Source: an uncultured Ruminococcus sp. (GTDB lineage Bacteria; Bacillota; Clostridia; Oscillospirales; CAG-272). Taken from it: 64,000 nt of DNA. Position numbers and translations under genes: made by a program. This document shows, in pieces, positions 47,009-56,072 of the stretch (position 1 is the stretch's first letter; each line of letters starts with the position of its first letter). The stretch lies in assembly GCA_964617165.1 (NCBI GenBank), contig CAZTWE010000001.1, positions 6,510 through 70,509 of the forward strand. The letters run 5' to 3'. Below the pieces are notes generated by a model. It was given only the letters and a program-made list of their open reading frames with translations, made no database searches and was not told the origin of the DNA.

Positions 47009-47647
47009 TCAGTTGCCATCCGATCCGTCCTTTTTTACAAGAATAAGCTCCTTCGCGTAAGGAAGCGCCTCTATTGCTTTGCAAAGAGTATGCCACTCGG
47101 CAAGCTTATGATGCCGCCTTGCATAGTATACGTTTATAAGCACTTCATAGTTCATAGTAACAGTGCGCATCTGATTAAAGGACGAAGGGAGAAGCTGTAT
47201 CATATTGTGCCATGCCGCCTTATCCTTTGTCTCGTTAAATCTGACACGCTCCCCCTCAAGAAACGCAATCAGTGCATCAAGCGCGGCAATTGCCTCGTCA
47301 GTGAGCCTATCGTGTGAAAAATCGTCACGCACGAACTCCTTTGCCTGTATCTTATGCATTGTAGAACAGGAATTTGCCACCGTACCGACCTTATACGTAT
47401 CGAACTCCTTCCACCAATAAAGCGGAGCGGTTATATCCATTGACACTATTATCTGACGCAAAAATTTTCTGTGATCGGAGCCTGCCACAGCAAGTCTCGT
47501 TGCCAATGACAGATCGTTCTCACCGAGAACGAAATTCCCGTTATCATCATAATAACTGTCCATTCTTGCCCAGCTGTTCATCGGATTTCTCGCGCCTCTT
47601 ATGGCGTTTTCCATATTCATTACCGATATTCTTTCTACTTTAAGCAT
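47009..47647 (-). CDS. ThyX-fold protein lacking the canonical RHRxxS / SxRY motif
   Basis: ThyX-like architecture: SDHRKFLRQIIVSMDITAPLYWWKEFDTYKVGTVANSCSTMH ... LLPSSFNQMRTVTMNYEVLINVYYARRHHKLAEW. TYKVGT/STMH occupies the expected RHRxxS/SQRY positions. Start at ATG 47647 with GGAGG 7 nt upstream. Confidence 0.55.
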   Translation of the reverse strand: MLKVERISVMNMENAIRGARNPMNSWARMDSYYDDNGNFVLGENDLSLATRLAVAGSDHRKFLRQIIVSMDITAPLYWWKEFDTYKVGTVANSCSTMHKIQAKEFVRDDFSHDRLTDEAIAALDALIAFLEGERVRFNETKDKAAWHNMIQLLPSSFNQMRTVTMNYEVLINVYYARRHHKLAEWHTLCKAIEALPYAKELILVKKDGSDGN

Positions 47648-47679
47648 CCTTTGCCTCCGAAATCTTTTTACAGCTATAT

Positions 47680-47708
47680 ATTTTATCATATATTTAAGGG
47701 CTTGTCAA
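47680..47708 (-). promoter_or_regulatory. sigmaA-type promoter of the ThyX-like gene
   Basis: Minus strand reads TTGACA (47708-47703), 17 nt, TAAAAT (47685-47680). Confidence 0.55.
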
Positions 47709-47942
47709 CAGTAAAAATCGTTTTACACCGCGTTTTTGCGTTTTTGCGCCTGCGCATTTTCGGTATCGCTCAGATGTCACGAAAAGCGTTTGGCAGACCG
47801 CCTCTTGCGAAGCCTTAAATTCGGAACGGATATTTTTCATCGCTCTGTGATAGACGAGAAAAGGCAACCAGCGTTCTGAAAATATTCTTGCTCAAAAGTT
47901 TTGATTTGTCCATAACATCACACTCCGATGATAAATCAGGAA

Positions 47943-48788
47943 TTACAGCTCGACGTCAATGTATACAGGCAGATGATCGGAAAGAGTCATGTAATACTCT
48001 TCATTGAAACGCTCAAAGCGGCGAACGAAGCCCTCGGGAGCGTTTTTGACAAAAACGCGATCAAGCGCTTTAATTGGATCGGCGGGCACGTAAGGCGCGT
48101 AGCCATCTTCACCGCACTTATGCATTCCGTGACCGCTGTCGGCATAATCCGTAGCAATCTCACGAGCATCGGAATATCCTCTCTCATACGCACTCTTAAC
48201 GCAGGGAGAGCCTCCCCAGGCGTTCATATCTCCAACCAGAACTATCGGACAGTTATACTTATCGGAAAGCTCCTCGACCTTATCCATCATGAGCCCGAGC
48301 TGATAAACACGCGCCTCGTCAGAGCCGGGACGGAAGTGACGCGCAGCGGGATTGCTGCTCATATACCAAAGATGTGTGGTTCCGAAAATAATCATCTTTC
48401 CGTCTTCCTTAGAGCGCAAAACGGCTATGCAATAGGATTTTGTGTTTAAATTATTGAACTCGCCCTCAATCCCGGGAACCGCCTCCGGATATACAAGATA
48501 AGCCGAGTCTACAAGCTCAAATTTATCGGTTTTGTAGAGTATCGGCGTATCGCGTCCCCAGAGCAAGGCGTAATTCATACCCGCCTCGCTAAAGCCTCTC
48601 ATCTCCATATCAGCCATAATCATTGAGCATTCCTGAAGCCCGATAATGTCAGGATCCGTTTCCTTGAACATACGAAGGAATCCCGGAACTCTTACCTTTG
48701 CAGAGCAGTCCATCCCCATTTCCTTCCATGCGGGTTTGTTTTGATCGCTCCACCACTGATTGTTGCTCATAATTCTTAGTTTACTCAT
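47943..48788 (-). CDS. endonuclease/exonuclease/phosphatase (EEP) family protein
   Basis: EEP motifs IIGLQECS, LVGDMNAW, LSDHLPVY. The start is either ATG 48788 (MSKLRIM, GGAG upstream) or 48830. Confidence 0.75.
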   Translation of the reverse strand: MSKLRIMSNNQWWSDQNKPAWKEMGMDCSAKVRVPGFLRMFKETDPDIIGLQECSMIMADMEMRGFSEAGMNYALLWGRDTPILYKTDKFELVDSAYLVYPEAVPGIEGEFNNLNTKSYCIAVLRSKEDGKMIIFGTTHLWYMSSNPAARHFRPGSDEARVYQLGLMMDKVEELSDKYNCPIVLVGDMNAWGGSPCVKSAYERGYSDAREIATDYADSGHGMHKCGEDGYAPYVPADPIKALDRVFVKNAPEGFVRRFERFNEEYYMTLSDHLPVYIDVEL

Positions 48789-48836
48789 TTTTCCGTACAC
48801 TCCATTTATCTTATTTAAATTTTTATTCAATACGGC

Positions 48837-50990
48837 TCACTGTTCGGTATAGCCAAAAATTCCGTAGGTAAGAAGCGCATATCCGTTATTTGCTCCGATA
48901 AGCTCTGCCGAAGCTACGCACTTTCTTCCATTAAATGGTATAACTATTTTGTTTATAACGTAACACTCAAAGCTCTTGTCGTACGAAAACTCGGCAAATC
49001 TCTCTGCTCTCTCGGCTACGGGATTTATCCTTGATGAACGGTAGGTGGTATAAACGCTTGTCACCTCTATACCGTTACGAAGCGATATGTCAATACTGTC
49101 ACCGCCCTCAAAATTCAATCTCAGCGTTGCAGCGCACTCACCCCGCTCACCCGAAAGCGGATAACCGACGGTAGCGCTGACACCGCCTATAAGGGTTATT
49201 CCTTCAAATTCTCTGTCGGCACTAAAGGATATCTTATCCGCTCCGATGAGTACAAGAGGCTCGCAATACATACCGTCTATCGGTGGTTTTTCGCACACGG
49301 GTCCCACCTTTATCACTCTCGGACGCTGTTCGGTGAGAAAATCAGGCTTCGGCGCACCGTAAAGCTCATCTTTAAGAACTCCGTACGGGGTACCTCCGCT
49401 CAAGTATTCAAGCCGAGTCAGTTTCCAAGGCAGCTGAGCAGTGCTCTCGATGCAAAAAGGCGCGTGGTATTCAGGCTCGTTCCATGCATCTCGGAAAGTG
49501 TCGAAGCAAAGCTGCGGATTTCTCTTAGCATCCACAAGCCCCTCAAGCAATCTTCCGTCAACCACAGCAGGTCTTCCGCGATTGAAATCGTTCACCTCCG
49601 CAAACGCCCAAAGAAAAGCTCCTGCCAATGCTCCGCTGTCCGAATTTGCCGAATATAGCTTCTTCATTTCGAAGATAAACTCTCGCATGAGCTTGGGATT
49701 GTCATAAACGAAATGTCCGCCCCATTCGGTAAACACGAGGGGCTTATCGTTCAGAAGCTTAGCTGAACGCCGAGCGCGCTCAAACGTCTGCGCATAGGGA
49801 TGCATCGTGTAAAAATCAAAGCCGCAGACGTTAAAGTATTTCAAAGTTTCCTCATCACTCATACAATTTGCACCGGATACAAGTCTCGTCGGATCGGTAA
49901 GCTTGCACATCCCTGCACTTCTTATGAGAAAGTCCTCTGTAAATTTACACTCGTTAAAGCAAAGCCAGAATACTATTGAGGGATGATTTCTGTCTCTCAG
50001 TATAGTTCGCCTCAGCACCTCAATACTACCGTCGGCAACAGCCACATCCGAAGTATCGGACCACCAAAGCCCGGGCTCCTCGGAAACCATAAGACCCATC
50101 TCATCCGCAATATCAAGCACTGCCTTACCGTGCGGATAGTGAACGAGGCGAACGAAATTACATCCCAGCTCCTTTATCATTCTCATGTCACGCACAACAT
50201 CCTCGTACTCCACGGTATGTCCGGAATCTGCTATCATCTCATGCTTACAAACGCCCTTCAAGAATATCGGCTCACCGTTAAGCAAAAACCTATGGCGTTC
50301 GCATTTGATTTCCCTGAACCCTACTCTTTCGGTGTATACATCCTTTATTACACTGTTTTTGACAAGTTTTATTTGCAAATTATAAAGATTTGGTACATCA
50401 GGGCTCCAAAGCTTTACATCATTTACCGTTTCGTAATATGTACTTTCCGCAGCATTTATTTCGGCAAAAAGCAGTTCTTCCGCATCATTAAACAGGCTTA
50501 TCTCGTACGTACAACCCTCTGAAGAAGCACTCTCAATACACAGCTTTATCCGTGCATCTCTGTAACCGTTTTGCAGCTCCGAGGAGAAGAAAACGTTTTC
50601 AATGCGCTCGGTATTTCTGAAAACCACGTATACGTCACGGATTATACCGCCAAAGTTCTCCCATCCCGCAACGGGTCCGAATTCGGGAGCTATATCCTCA
50701 AGCTCAATATGTAAAGAATTATCCCGAGGCTTGACTGTCTCGGTTATATCGAAGCTGTACTCGCAGTACGGAAGCATTTTACCGAGCAAAGCACCGTTCA
50801 GATATACGTCGGCTGAATAGGTTATCCCGTCAAGCCTTAACTCAACACGCTCCCCACTCTCTTCAAGATTAAAAGTTCTCTCACATTCAGAGTGTCCGAC
50901 AGGGAGCGCTGAAAACGGAACCTCTCTTTCGCTCCACGCTCCCTTGCCTATCCGATATTTCCAAGTGCCGTTAAGGCTCTGCTTTTTCAT
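48837..50990 (-). CDS. glycoside hydrolase family 2
   Basis: Sugar-binding/Ig/TIM order. NHPSIVFWLCFNECKF (acid/base region) and PLVFTEWGG (nucleophile region). Confidence 0.8.
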   Translation of the reverse strand: MKKQSLNGTWKYRIGKGAWSEREVPFSALPVGHSECERTFNLEESGERVELRLDGITYSADVYLNGALLGKMLPYCEYSFDITETVKPRDNSLHIELEDIAPEFGPVAGWENFGGIIRDVYVVFRNTERIENVFFSSELQNGYRDARIKLCIESASSEGCTYEISLFNDAEELLFAEINAAESTYYETVNDVKLWSPDVPNLYNLQIKLVKNSVIKDVYTERVGFREIKCERHRFLLNGEPIFLKGVCKHEMIADSGHTVEYEDVVRDMRMIKELGCNFVRLVHYPHGKAVLDIADEMGLMVSEEPGLWWSDTSDVAVADGSIEVLRRTILRDRNHPSIVFWLCFNECKFTEDFLIRSAGMCKLTDPTRLVSGANCMSDEETLKYFNVCGFDFYTMHPYAQTFERARRSAKLLNDKPLVFTEWGGHFVYDNPKLMREFIFEMKKLYSANSDSGALAGAFLWAFAEVNDFNRGRPAVVDGRLLEGLVDAKRNPQLCFDTFRDAWNEPEYHAPFCIESTAQLPWKLTRLEYLSGGTPYGVLKDELYGAPKPDFLTEQRPRVIKVGPVCEKPPIDGMYCEPLVLIGADKISFSADREFEGITLIGGVSATVGYPLSGERGECAATLRLNFEGGDSIDISLRNGIEVTSVYTTYRSSRINPVAERAERFAEFSYDKSFECYVINKIVIPFNGRKCVASAELIGANNGYALLTYGIFGYTEQ

Positions 50991-51534
50991 TTTTATCGCT
51001 CTCCTTTTTGAAATCGTATCTGCACATAGCTATTATTATCGACACAAGCGAAACGCTCTCGGTTACAATTCCGCCTATAGCGAAATTTATTATATTGTAG
51101 GTAAGCCAGAACGGTGCATTTACAAGACCCAAAATTCTTACCTTTTTAGCTTCGCCCAGATAGTAGCTTACAGTCGTTATCAACATTCCGACAACGGGCA
51201 GCAGCTCAACCCCATAGTTTCGCAGTGTACCTGCCGTGCCGAACAGGGTGAACGAAAGAATGTATACCGCAACGTACATAGCACCGAAAGCAAATACCCA
51301 AACGATCTTATCCGTGCGGAAACGCTCGCGCTGCCAATAGGCGGTAGCTCTCATTATCCCGACGATATTGAGCAGTGCCCCGGCGAACGCACCGATCATG
51401 AAATAGTTCACAGCAAAAAACATCGATCCTATCATTTGCATAAATATGATATTCTTTTGCTCTTTTCTCTGGAAAGACAGAATATTCATTGTCATTCCTA
51501 CCAGACCGAACGCTTGTGCTACGTATTCAACCAT
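50971..51534 (-). CDS. YgjV-family inner-membrane protein
   Basis: About 188 aa with 5-6 TM helices. Start set to ATG 51534 (MVEYVAQAFGLVGM), just after the ROK stop. Overlaps the GH2 start by 20 nt. Confidence 0.55.
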   Translation of the reverse strand: MVEYVAQAFGLVGMTMNILSFQRKEQKNIIFMQMIGSMFFAVNYFMIGAFAGALLNIVGIMRATAYWQRERFRTDKIVWVFAFGAMYVAVYILSFTLFGTAGTLRNYGVELLPVVGMLITTVSYYLGEAKKVRILGLVNAPFWLTYNIINFAIGGIVTESVSLVSIIIAMCRYDFKKESDKNEKAEP

Positions 51535-51541
51535 AAAATTA

Positions 51542-52546
51542 TCACCTTTCTTTGGGTACGATAGGATATTCGGAAATTGCAAGCAGTGCCGCTCCCTCAG
51601 ATGCGTCAGCAACGTCACTCACCACGTATTCAATAGATGGGCTGACTCGTCGGAAGCTTGCATCAAACAGCACCTCTACCTTGTCAAACCATTCTATTAT
51701 TCCGCCGACTATGAATACCTTTTTTAATCCGAGAAGCTTTGCAAGATTTGCCGCAGCGAGTCCGAGCTCCTCTGCGATCCTTGTATAATCTCCACTCGCT
51801 TCGCTGTCGTTCAGAATACTTTTGAGCTTTTTATCACCTATATAAATGTGCCCCATATCTAGCGGAACTTCAAGTATTCTTCCATTTTTCATGGCAGCAA
51901 CGCCTATATCATTATCTACTCTCAGAGTCATAGAGTCAACCGAAATATTATCCATTACCGCATACAGCATACACTCGGGGTCATGCCTTACAAATACCGG
52001 AAGCGAAAAGCAATTTTCAATAGCTGCCTTAGGATCAAATTTTACGTACCCGCCTCTCGCAGGATAGATCCACCTGTCACCGTCAGCGCGCGATCCCTGC
52101 ATGGCAACGCCTATTCCGCAGCAATCCTCGGTATTCTTCAACACGTATCCTATCTTATCACACACGGAGGCTGCAAGCTCATCCCCGTTATCGAAAATCT
52201 CCGCTTCCCACTTTTTATAATCGACTTTTTTCCCGTTAAGATCGAGAACGGTTATCGCAACACCCGTATCATTGATATCAACACCGAGAAAATACTTTTC
52301 GGAATTGAGAGTGAGATAGGTTGGTGTTCTTCCAACGGTATCCCCATGTGCCGTACCGCTTCTTCTTTTAGACTCCAGCAGTACTTTCTGCTCCATAAGA
52401 AGTGAAACCAGATCAGAGACGCAAGCCCAGCTAAGAGATAGGCCCGAAGAAATCTCCGGGCGGGTTGCCGCTCCCTTACTTCTCACAAAGGATATTATCG
52501 AGGCAATATTGTCTCTTCTTTCAATAAACTGTTTTATACTAGCCAT
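51542..52546 (-). CDS. ROK-family transcriptional regulator
   Basis: N-terminal wHTH (GAATRPEISSGLSLSWACVSDLVSLLMEQKVL) plus a ROK sugar-kinase-like domain. Start at ATG 52546 with AAGGAG upstream. Confidence 0.75.
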   Translation of the reverse strand: MASIKQFIERRDNIASIISFVRSKGAATRPEISSGLSLSWACVSDLVSLLMEQKVLLESKRRSGTAHGDTVGRTPTYLTLNSEKYFLGVDINDTGVAITVLDLNGKKVDYKKWEAEIFDNGDELAASVCDKIGYVLKNTEDCCGIGVAMQGSRADGDRWIYPARGGYVKFDPKAAIENCFSLPVFVRHDPECMLYAVMDNISVDSMTLRVDNDIGVAAMKNGRILEVPLDMGHIYIGDKKLKSILNDSEASGDYTRIAEELGLAAANLAKLLGLKKVFIVGGIIEWFDKVEVLFDASFRRVSPSIEYVVSDVADASEGAALLAISEYPIVPKER

Positions 52547-52682
52547 TTTTTCTCCTTTTATCGACCGTCGATAAAATAATAGCACACTTATATCGGTTTG
52601 TCAATAGCGTAAATACTTTTTTTAAAAATTCTATCATACAACCGAATTTTACAGCACTTTCTAAAAAAATTTCATCTAGTGC

Positions 52683-52711
52683 TTGACATAAAAATAAAAT
52701 AGTGATATAAT
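52683..52711 (+). promoter_or_regulatory. perfect consensus sigmaA promoter of the thrS leader
   Basis: TTGACA (52683-52688), 17 nt, TATAAT (52706-52711). Confidence 0.8.
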
Positions 52712-52717
52712 TCTATA

Positions 52718-52946
52718 AACCAAAGGCTACGACGGAAAGAGTAGCATAAAAGAAAAGCATACCAGAGAAGGGGGCATTTGCTGGAAGCCTCTGTGCCGAG
52801 TATTTTTTGTGAAGACCACTCCCGAGCTGCGATGCGGTAACAAGCATCGACGTTATCCGCGTTAAGGTATTTTGAGTTAAACATCAAGGTGGAACCGTGC
52901 TATGCACCCTTGATAGCCGTTATTTGCGGCTGTCGGGGCTTTTTTA
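52718..52946 (+). promoter_or_regulatory. T-box riboswitch leader, threonine specifier (ACC)
   Basis: AGAGA-box region (CCAGAGAAG near 52761-52769). Specifier-loop context GAAGACCA with ACC at 52815-52817. T-box sequence AAGGTGGAACCGTG (52887-52900). Terminator CCCTTGATAGCCG...CGGCTGTCGGGGCTTTTTT ends near 52946. Located directly upstream of thrS. Confidence 0.85.
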
Positions 52947-52976
52947 TTTAAAAAATAATTTTTAGGAGAAACGTAT

Positions 52977-54740
52977 ATGAAAGTAATTTACGCAAACGGC
53001 ACTGTCGGCGAGTGCGCTCCCGAGGAAGAGCTGCACATACTTCGCCACACAGCTGCGCACATCATGGCTCAGGCGATCAAGCGCCTTTGGCCCGAAGCAG
53101 ATTTTGCATACGGACCTGCTAACGAAAAAGGCTTCTACTATGACGTAGATCTCGGAGACAAAATGCTCACCGAGGACGATCTTGCAAAGATTGAAGCTGA
53201 GATGAAGAAGATAGTCAAAGAAAATCTTCCGATCAAGCCCTCTATACTTCCTCGCGAGAAGGCTATTGCTCTTATGGAAGAGCGCGGTGAGAAGTACAAG
53301 GTGGAGCACATCGGCGATCTTGCTCCCGATGCCGAGATCAGCTTCTTCAAGCAGGGTGAATACGTTGATATGTGTACAGGCCCTCACCTCTGCTACACCA
53401 AGGCGTTGAAGGCGTTCAAGATAATGGGCGTTTCGGGTGCTTACTGGAAAAATGACAAAAACAATAAGATGCTTACCCGTGTCAAGGGAACTGCATTCAA
53501 GACACAGCAGGAGCTTGACGAATATCTCAAGCTTCTCGAAGAAGCAGAGAAACGCGATCACCGCAAGATAGGAAAGGAAATGGGTCTTTTCATGTTCCGT
53601 GACGAGGCTCCCGGATTTCCCTTCTTCCTCCCCAAGGGTATGCTGCTTAAAAATGCTCTTATCGAATATTGGAGAGAGATACACACGCGCGATAACTACG
53701 TTGAGATATCAACTCCCCTCATTATGAACCGTCAGCTTTGGGAAACAAGCGGACACTGGGATCATTACAAGGACAATATGTATTCAACGGAGATCGACGA
53801 GGAAACCTATTGCGTTAAGCCCATGAACTGCCCCGGCGGAGTTCTTGTTTACCGTAATCAGCCTCACAGCTACCGCGAGCTTCCCATGCGTGTCGGTGAG
53901 CTCGGTATCGTACACCGCCATGAGCTCAAGGGTGCTCTGCACGGTCTGTTCCGCGTTCGTTGCTTCACTCAGGATGATGCGCACGTATTCATGCGCCGCG
54001 ATCAGATAACGGATGAGATAATCGCTGTCGTTGATCTTATCAACGAGGTTTACACAAAATTCGGCTTCAAGTATTCCATTGAGCTTTCCACAAGACCCGA
54101 GAACAGCATGGGAAGCGATGAGGATTGGGAAGCAGCTACAAACGGACTCAAGGCTGCGCTTGAAAAGCTCTCTCTTCCTTATACGGTAAACGAGGGAGAC
54201 GGTGCGTTCTACGGTCCTAAGATCGACTTCCACCTTGAGGACACGCTCGGAAGAACGTGGCAGTGCGGAACAATTCAGCTTGATTTCCAGCTTCCCCAGA
54301 ACTTCGAGCTTGAGTATACAGACGAGAACAACGAAAAGCAAAGACCTATAATGATACACAGAGTTTGCTATGGCTCTATTGAGAGATTTATAGGTATTCT
54401 TACCGAGCACTTTGCAGGTAAATTCCCGCTTTGGCTTGCTCCCACTCAGGCAAAGGTACTGCTTGTTTCGGAAAAGTGCGCCGAGTACGGTAACAAGGTT
54501 TACGAGGCTCTCCGTTCCGCGAAGATACGCGTTGAGCTTGATAACAGAAATGAAAAGATAGGCTACATGATCCGTGAGGCTCAGGTAGTCGGAAGAGTTC
54601 CTTACATGGTTATCATAGGTCAGCAGGAGGCAGAGAACGGTACGGTTTCAGTCCGTAACCGCGATACAGCCGAGACAACGACAATGACCCTTGACGAGTT
54701 TATCGAAAAGATCACTCGCGAGAACAAGGACAGAGTATAA
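52977..54740 (+). CDS. thrS: threonine--tRNA ligase (short form, N-terminal TGS domain largely absent)
   Basis: Editing-domain HxxxH (RHTAAHIMAQ) and CTGPH; class II motifs (FRDEAPGFPFFLPKG, HRHELKGALHGLFRVRCFTQDDAH, GAFYGPKID); anticodon-binding domain. Confidence 0.95.
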   Translation: MKVIYANGTVGECAPEEELHILRHTAAHIMAQAIKRLWPEADFAYGPANEKGFYYDVDLGDKMLTEDDLAKIEAEMKKIVKENLPIKPSILPREKAIALMEERGEKYKVEHIGDLAPDAEISFFKQGEYVDMCTGPHLCYTKALKAFKIMGVSGAYWKNDKNNKMLTRVKGTAFKTQQELDEYLKLLEEAEKRDHRKIGKEMGLFMFRDEAPGFPFFLPKGMLLKNALIEYWREIHTRDNYVEISTPLIMNRQLWETSGHWDHYKDNMYSTEIDEETYCVKPMNCPGGVLVYRNQPHSYRELPMRVGELGIVHRHELKGALHGLFRVRCFTQDDAHVFMRRDQITDEIIAVVDLINEVYTKFGFKYSIELSTRPENSMGSDEDWEAATNGLKAALEKLSLPYTVNEGDGAFYGPKIDFHLEDTLGRTWQCGTIQLDFQLPQNFELEYTDENNEKQRPIMIHRVCYGSIERFIGILTEHFAGKFPLWLAPTQAKVLLVSEKCAEYGNKVYEALRSAKIRVELDNRNEKIGYMIREAQVVGRVPYMVIIGQQEAENGTVSVRNRDTAETTTMTLDEFIEKITRENKDRV

Positions 54741-54771
54741 TCACGCTAATCCAAAACCCATATAACACCAG

Positions 54772-54815
54772 AAAGAGCAAACACGCAAGACTAAAACTTG
54801 TATGTTTGCTCTTTT
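54772..54815 (+). terminator. rho-independent terminator of thrS
   Basis: AGAGCAAACA (54774-54783) pairs with TGTTTGCTCT (54803-54812), followed by TTT. Confidence 0.75.
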
Positions 54816-54819
54816 CCTT

Positions 54820-55090
54820 GTCGGTTAAATGAATCGTTGCACGGCAACGATGAAATCTTCACTTCGTTCAGATGAAGTCCAAGAACAAGTCCCCCGGATG
54901 AAATCAAATCCGTCTAACTTGTAGCCCTGCAAAGCAGGATTTCATCGCGAAAGCTCATACCGCTTGCGGTCTCTTGCGTTATTCGTCGTATCCGACCGAC
55001 GAATAGCAAATTTCATCCACGGGAGGCGGATTTCACCCGTCAAAGACGGATTTGACTGCGTGATTGTCAGTTCGGGACATCACGCTTTTC
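54820..55090 (+). other. hairpin-dense intergenic region with a repeated GATGAAATC motif (candidate structured RNA or protein-binding array)
   Basis: Forward copies at 54849, 54871 (variant GATGAAGTC) and 54897. Reverse-complement copies at 54938, 55009, 55029 and 55049 (variants). At least seven local hairpins, the last (GCGTGAT 55058-55064 : ATCACGC 55079-55085) followed by TTTT. Confidence 0.3.
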
Positions 55091-55103
55091 GGGGAATATT
55101 TTC

Positions 55104-56063
55104 TTACTTTATTATTTTATTTCTGAACACTCTGCCTGTCGCGGCAATGAGTCCAAGCCATGGCGAAACAAGCTCGCGGTCAATTGTATTTACACTTGTC
55201 TGGTTATAGGTCTCAAACGAAAGATCACCGTCATATCCGATTGCCGCAAGTGCCTCGCAGAAATCATCCCACCGTATCGAGCCGGTATACGGAGCAAGGT
55301 GTTGATCTGTGGTACCGTCATTGTCATGAACGTGCAAGCACTTTATACGTCTGCCGAGTATCTGAACGTACTTTTTGAACGGTATTTTCATTAAATTGAG
55401 ATGCCCTGTATCAAGGCATAAGCCGAAGCACTCCTTACCCGCTACTTCATTAAGCATATCTATCTCGGCAACAGCCTCATAGGGGTTTGAGCAGTGACCG
55501 CTGTACAAGGTCTTATATCCCTTTTTATCAGTATACCATGAGAAAAGGTTTTCAAGGCATACCGTAACGTTACACGCGCGGAGCGTGGGAATCAAGGAGG
55601 TATAAAGCTTCATGTTCAGCTCATCAACCGCATCCTGTGTGTCAACCTTATCGTCTACGTGCAAGGATATTCCGTGAATAACAAGATTTTTAACACCTAT
55701 TACGTTACAGAATTCTATTGAAGTTTTGTATATTTCGACCATATAGTCGAGGGTTTCGGGCTTGCCTGATACGTATGAGGGGAACGGTGCGTGCATCTGT
55801 GTAATTTCAAGACCGTTCCTACGAATGGCATCGAGCTCTGCCGCATATTGCGCAATTACAGCTCCGACGCCCCCTTCGATTACCGAGTGACCCTTATAGG
55901 TGCCGGCTCGAAGAGTTTTGGCATCAAGCGCATGATCCAAATTAAAATCAAGGCACTCAAAGCCCGCAGCTTTTATCATTCTATAGCCCTCTTCAATACC
56001 AAAATCCTTTATAACGTCACCTGTCTGAACTCCTATTTTCATAAATTCTCTATCCTCTTTCAA
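55104..56063 (-). CDS. xylose-isomerase-like TIM-barrel sugar-phosphate isomerase/epimerase
   Basis: Family-typical pattern: MHAPF, LVIHG, CLEN, LCLDTGHLNL, LHVHDNDG. Confidence 0.75.
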   Translation of the reverse strand: MKEDREFMKIGVQTGDVIKDFGIEEGYRMIKAAGFECLDFNLDHALDAKTLRAGTYKGHSVIEGGVGAVIAQYAAELDAIRRNGLEITQMHAPFPSYVSGKPETLDYMVEIYKTSIEFCNVIGVKNLVIHGISLHVDDKVDTQDAVDELNMKLYTSLIPTLRACNVTVCLENLFSWYTDKKGYKTLYSGHCSNPYEAVAEIDMLNEVAGKECFGLCLDTGHLNLMKIPFKKYVQILGRRIKCLHVHDNDGTTDQHLAPYTGSIRWDDFCEALAAIGYDGDLSFETYNQTSVNTIDRELVSPWLGLIAATGRVFRNKIIK

Positions 56064-56072
56064 AAAGCTTTT

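Noticed and set aside
54852-55209. Small ORFs in the thrS-distal intergenic region (24-aa MKSSLRSDEVQEQVPRMKSNPSNL at 54852-54926; 81-aa ORF at 54964..55209).
   Set aside because: No Shine-Dalgarno sequence is present. The 81-aa ORF runs antisense into the isomerase gene. The region is better explained by its repeat and hairpin content.
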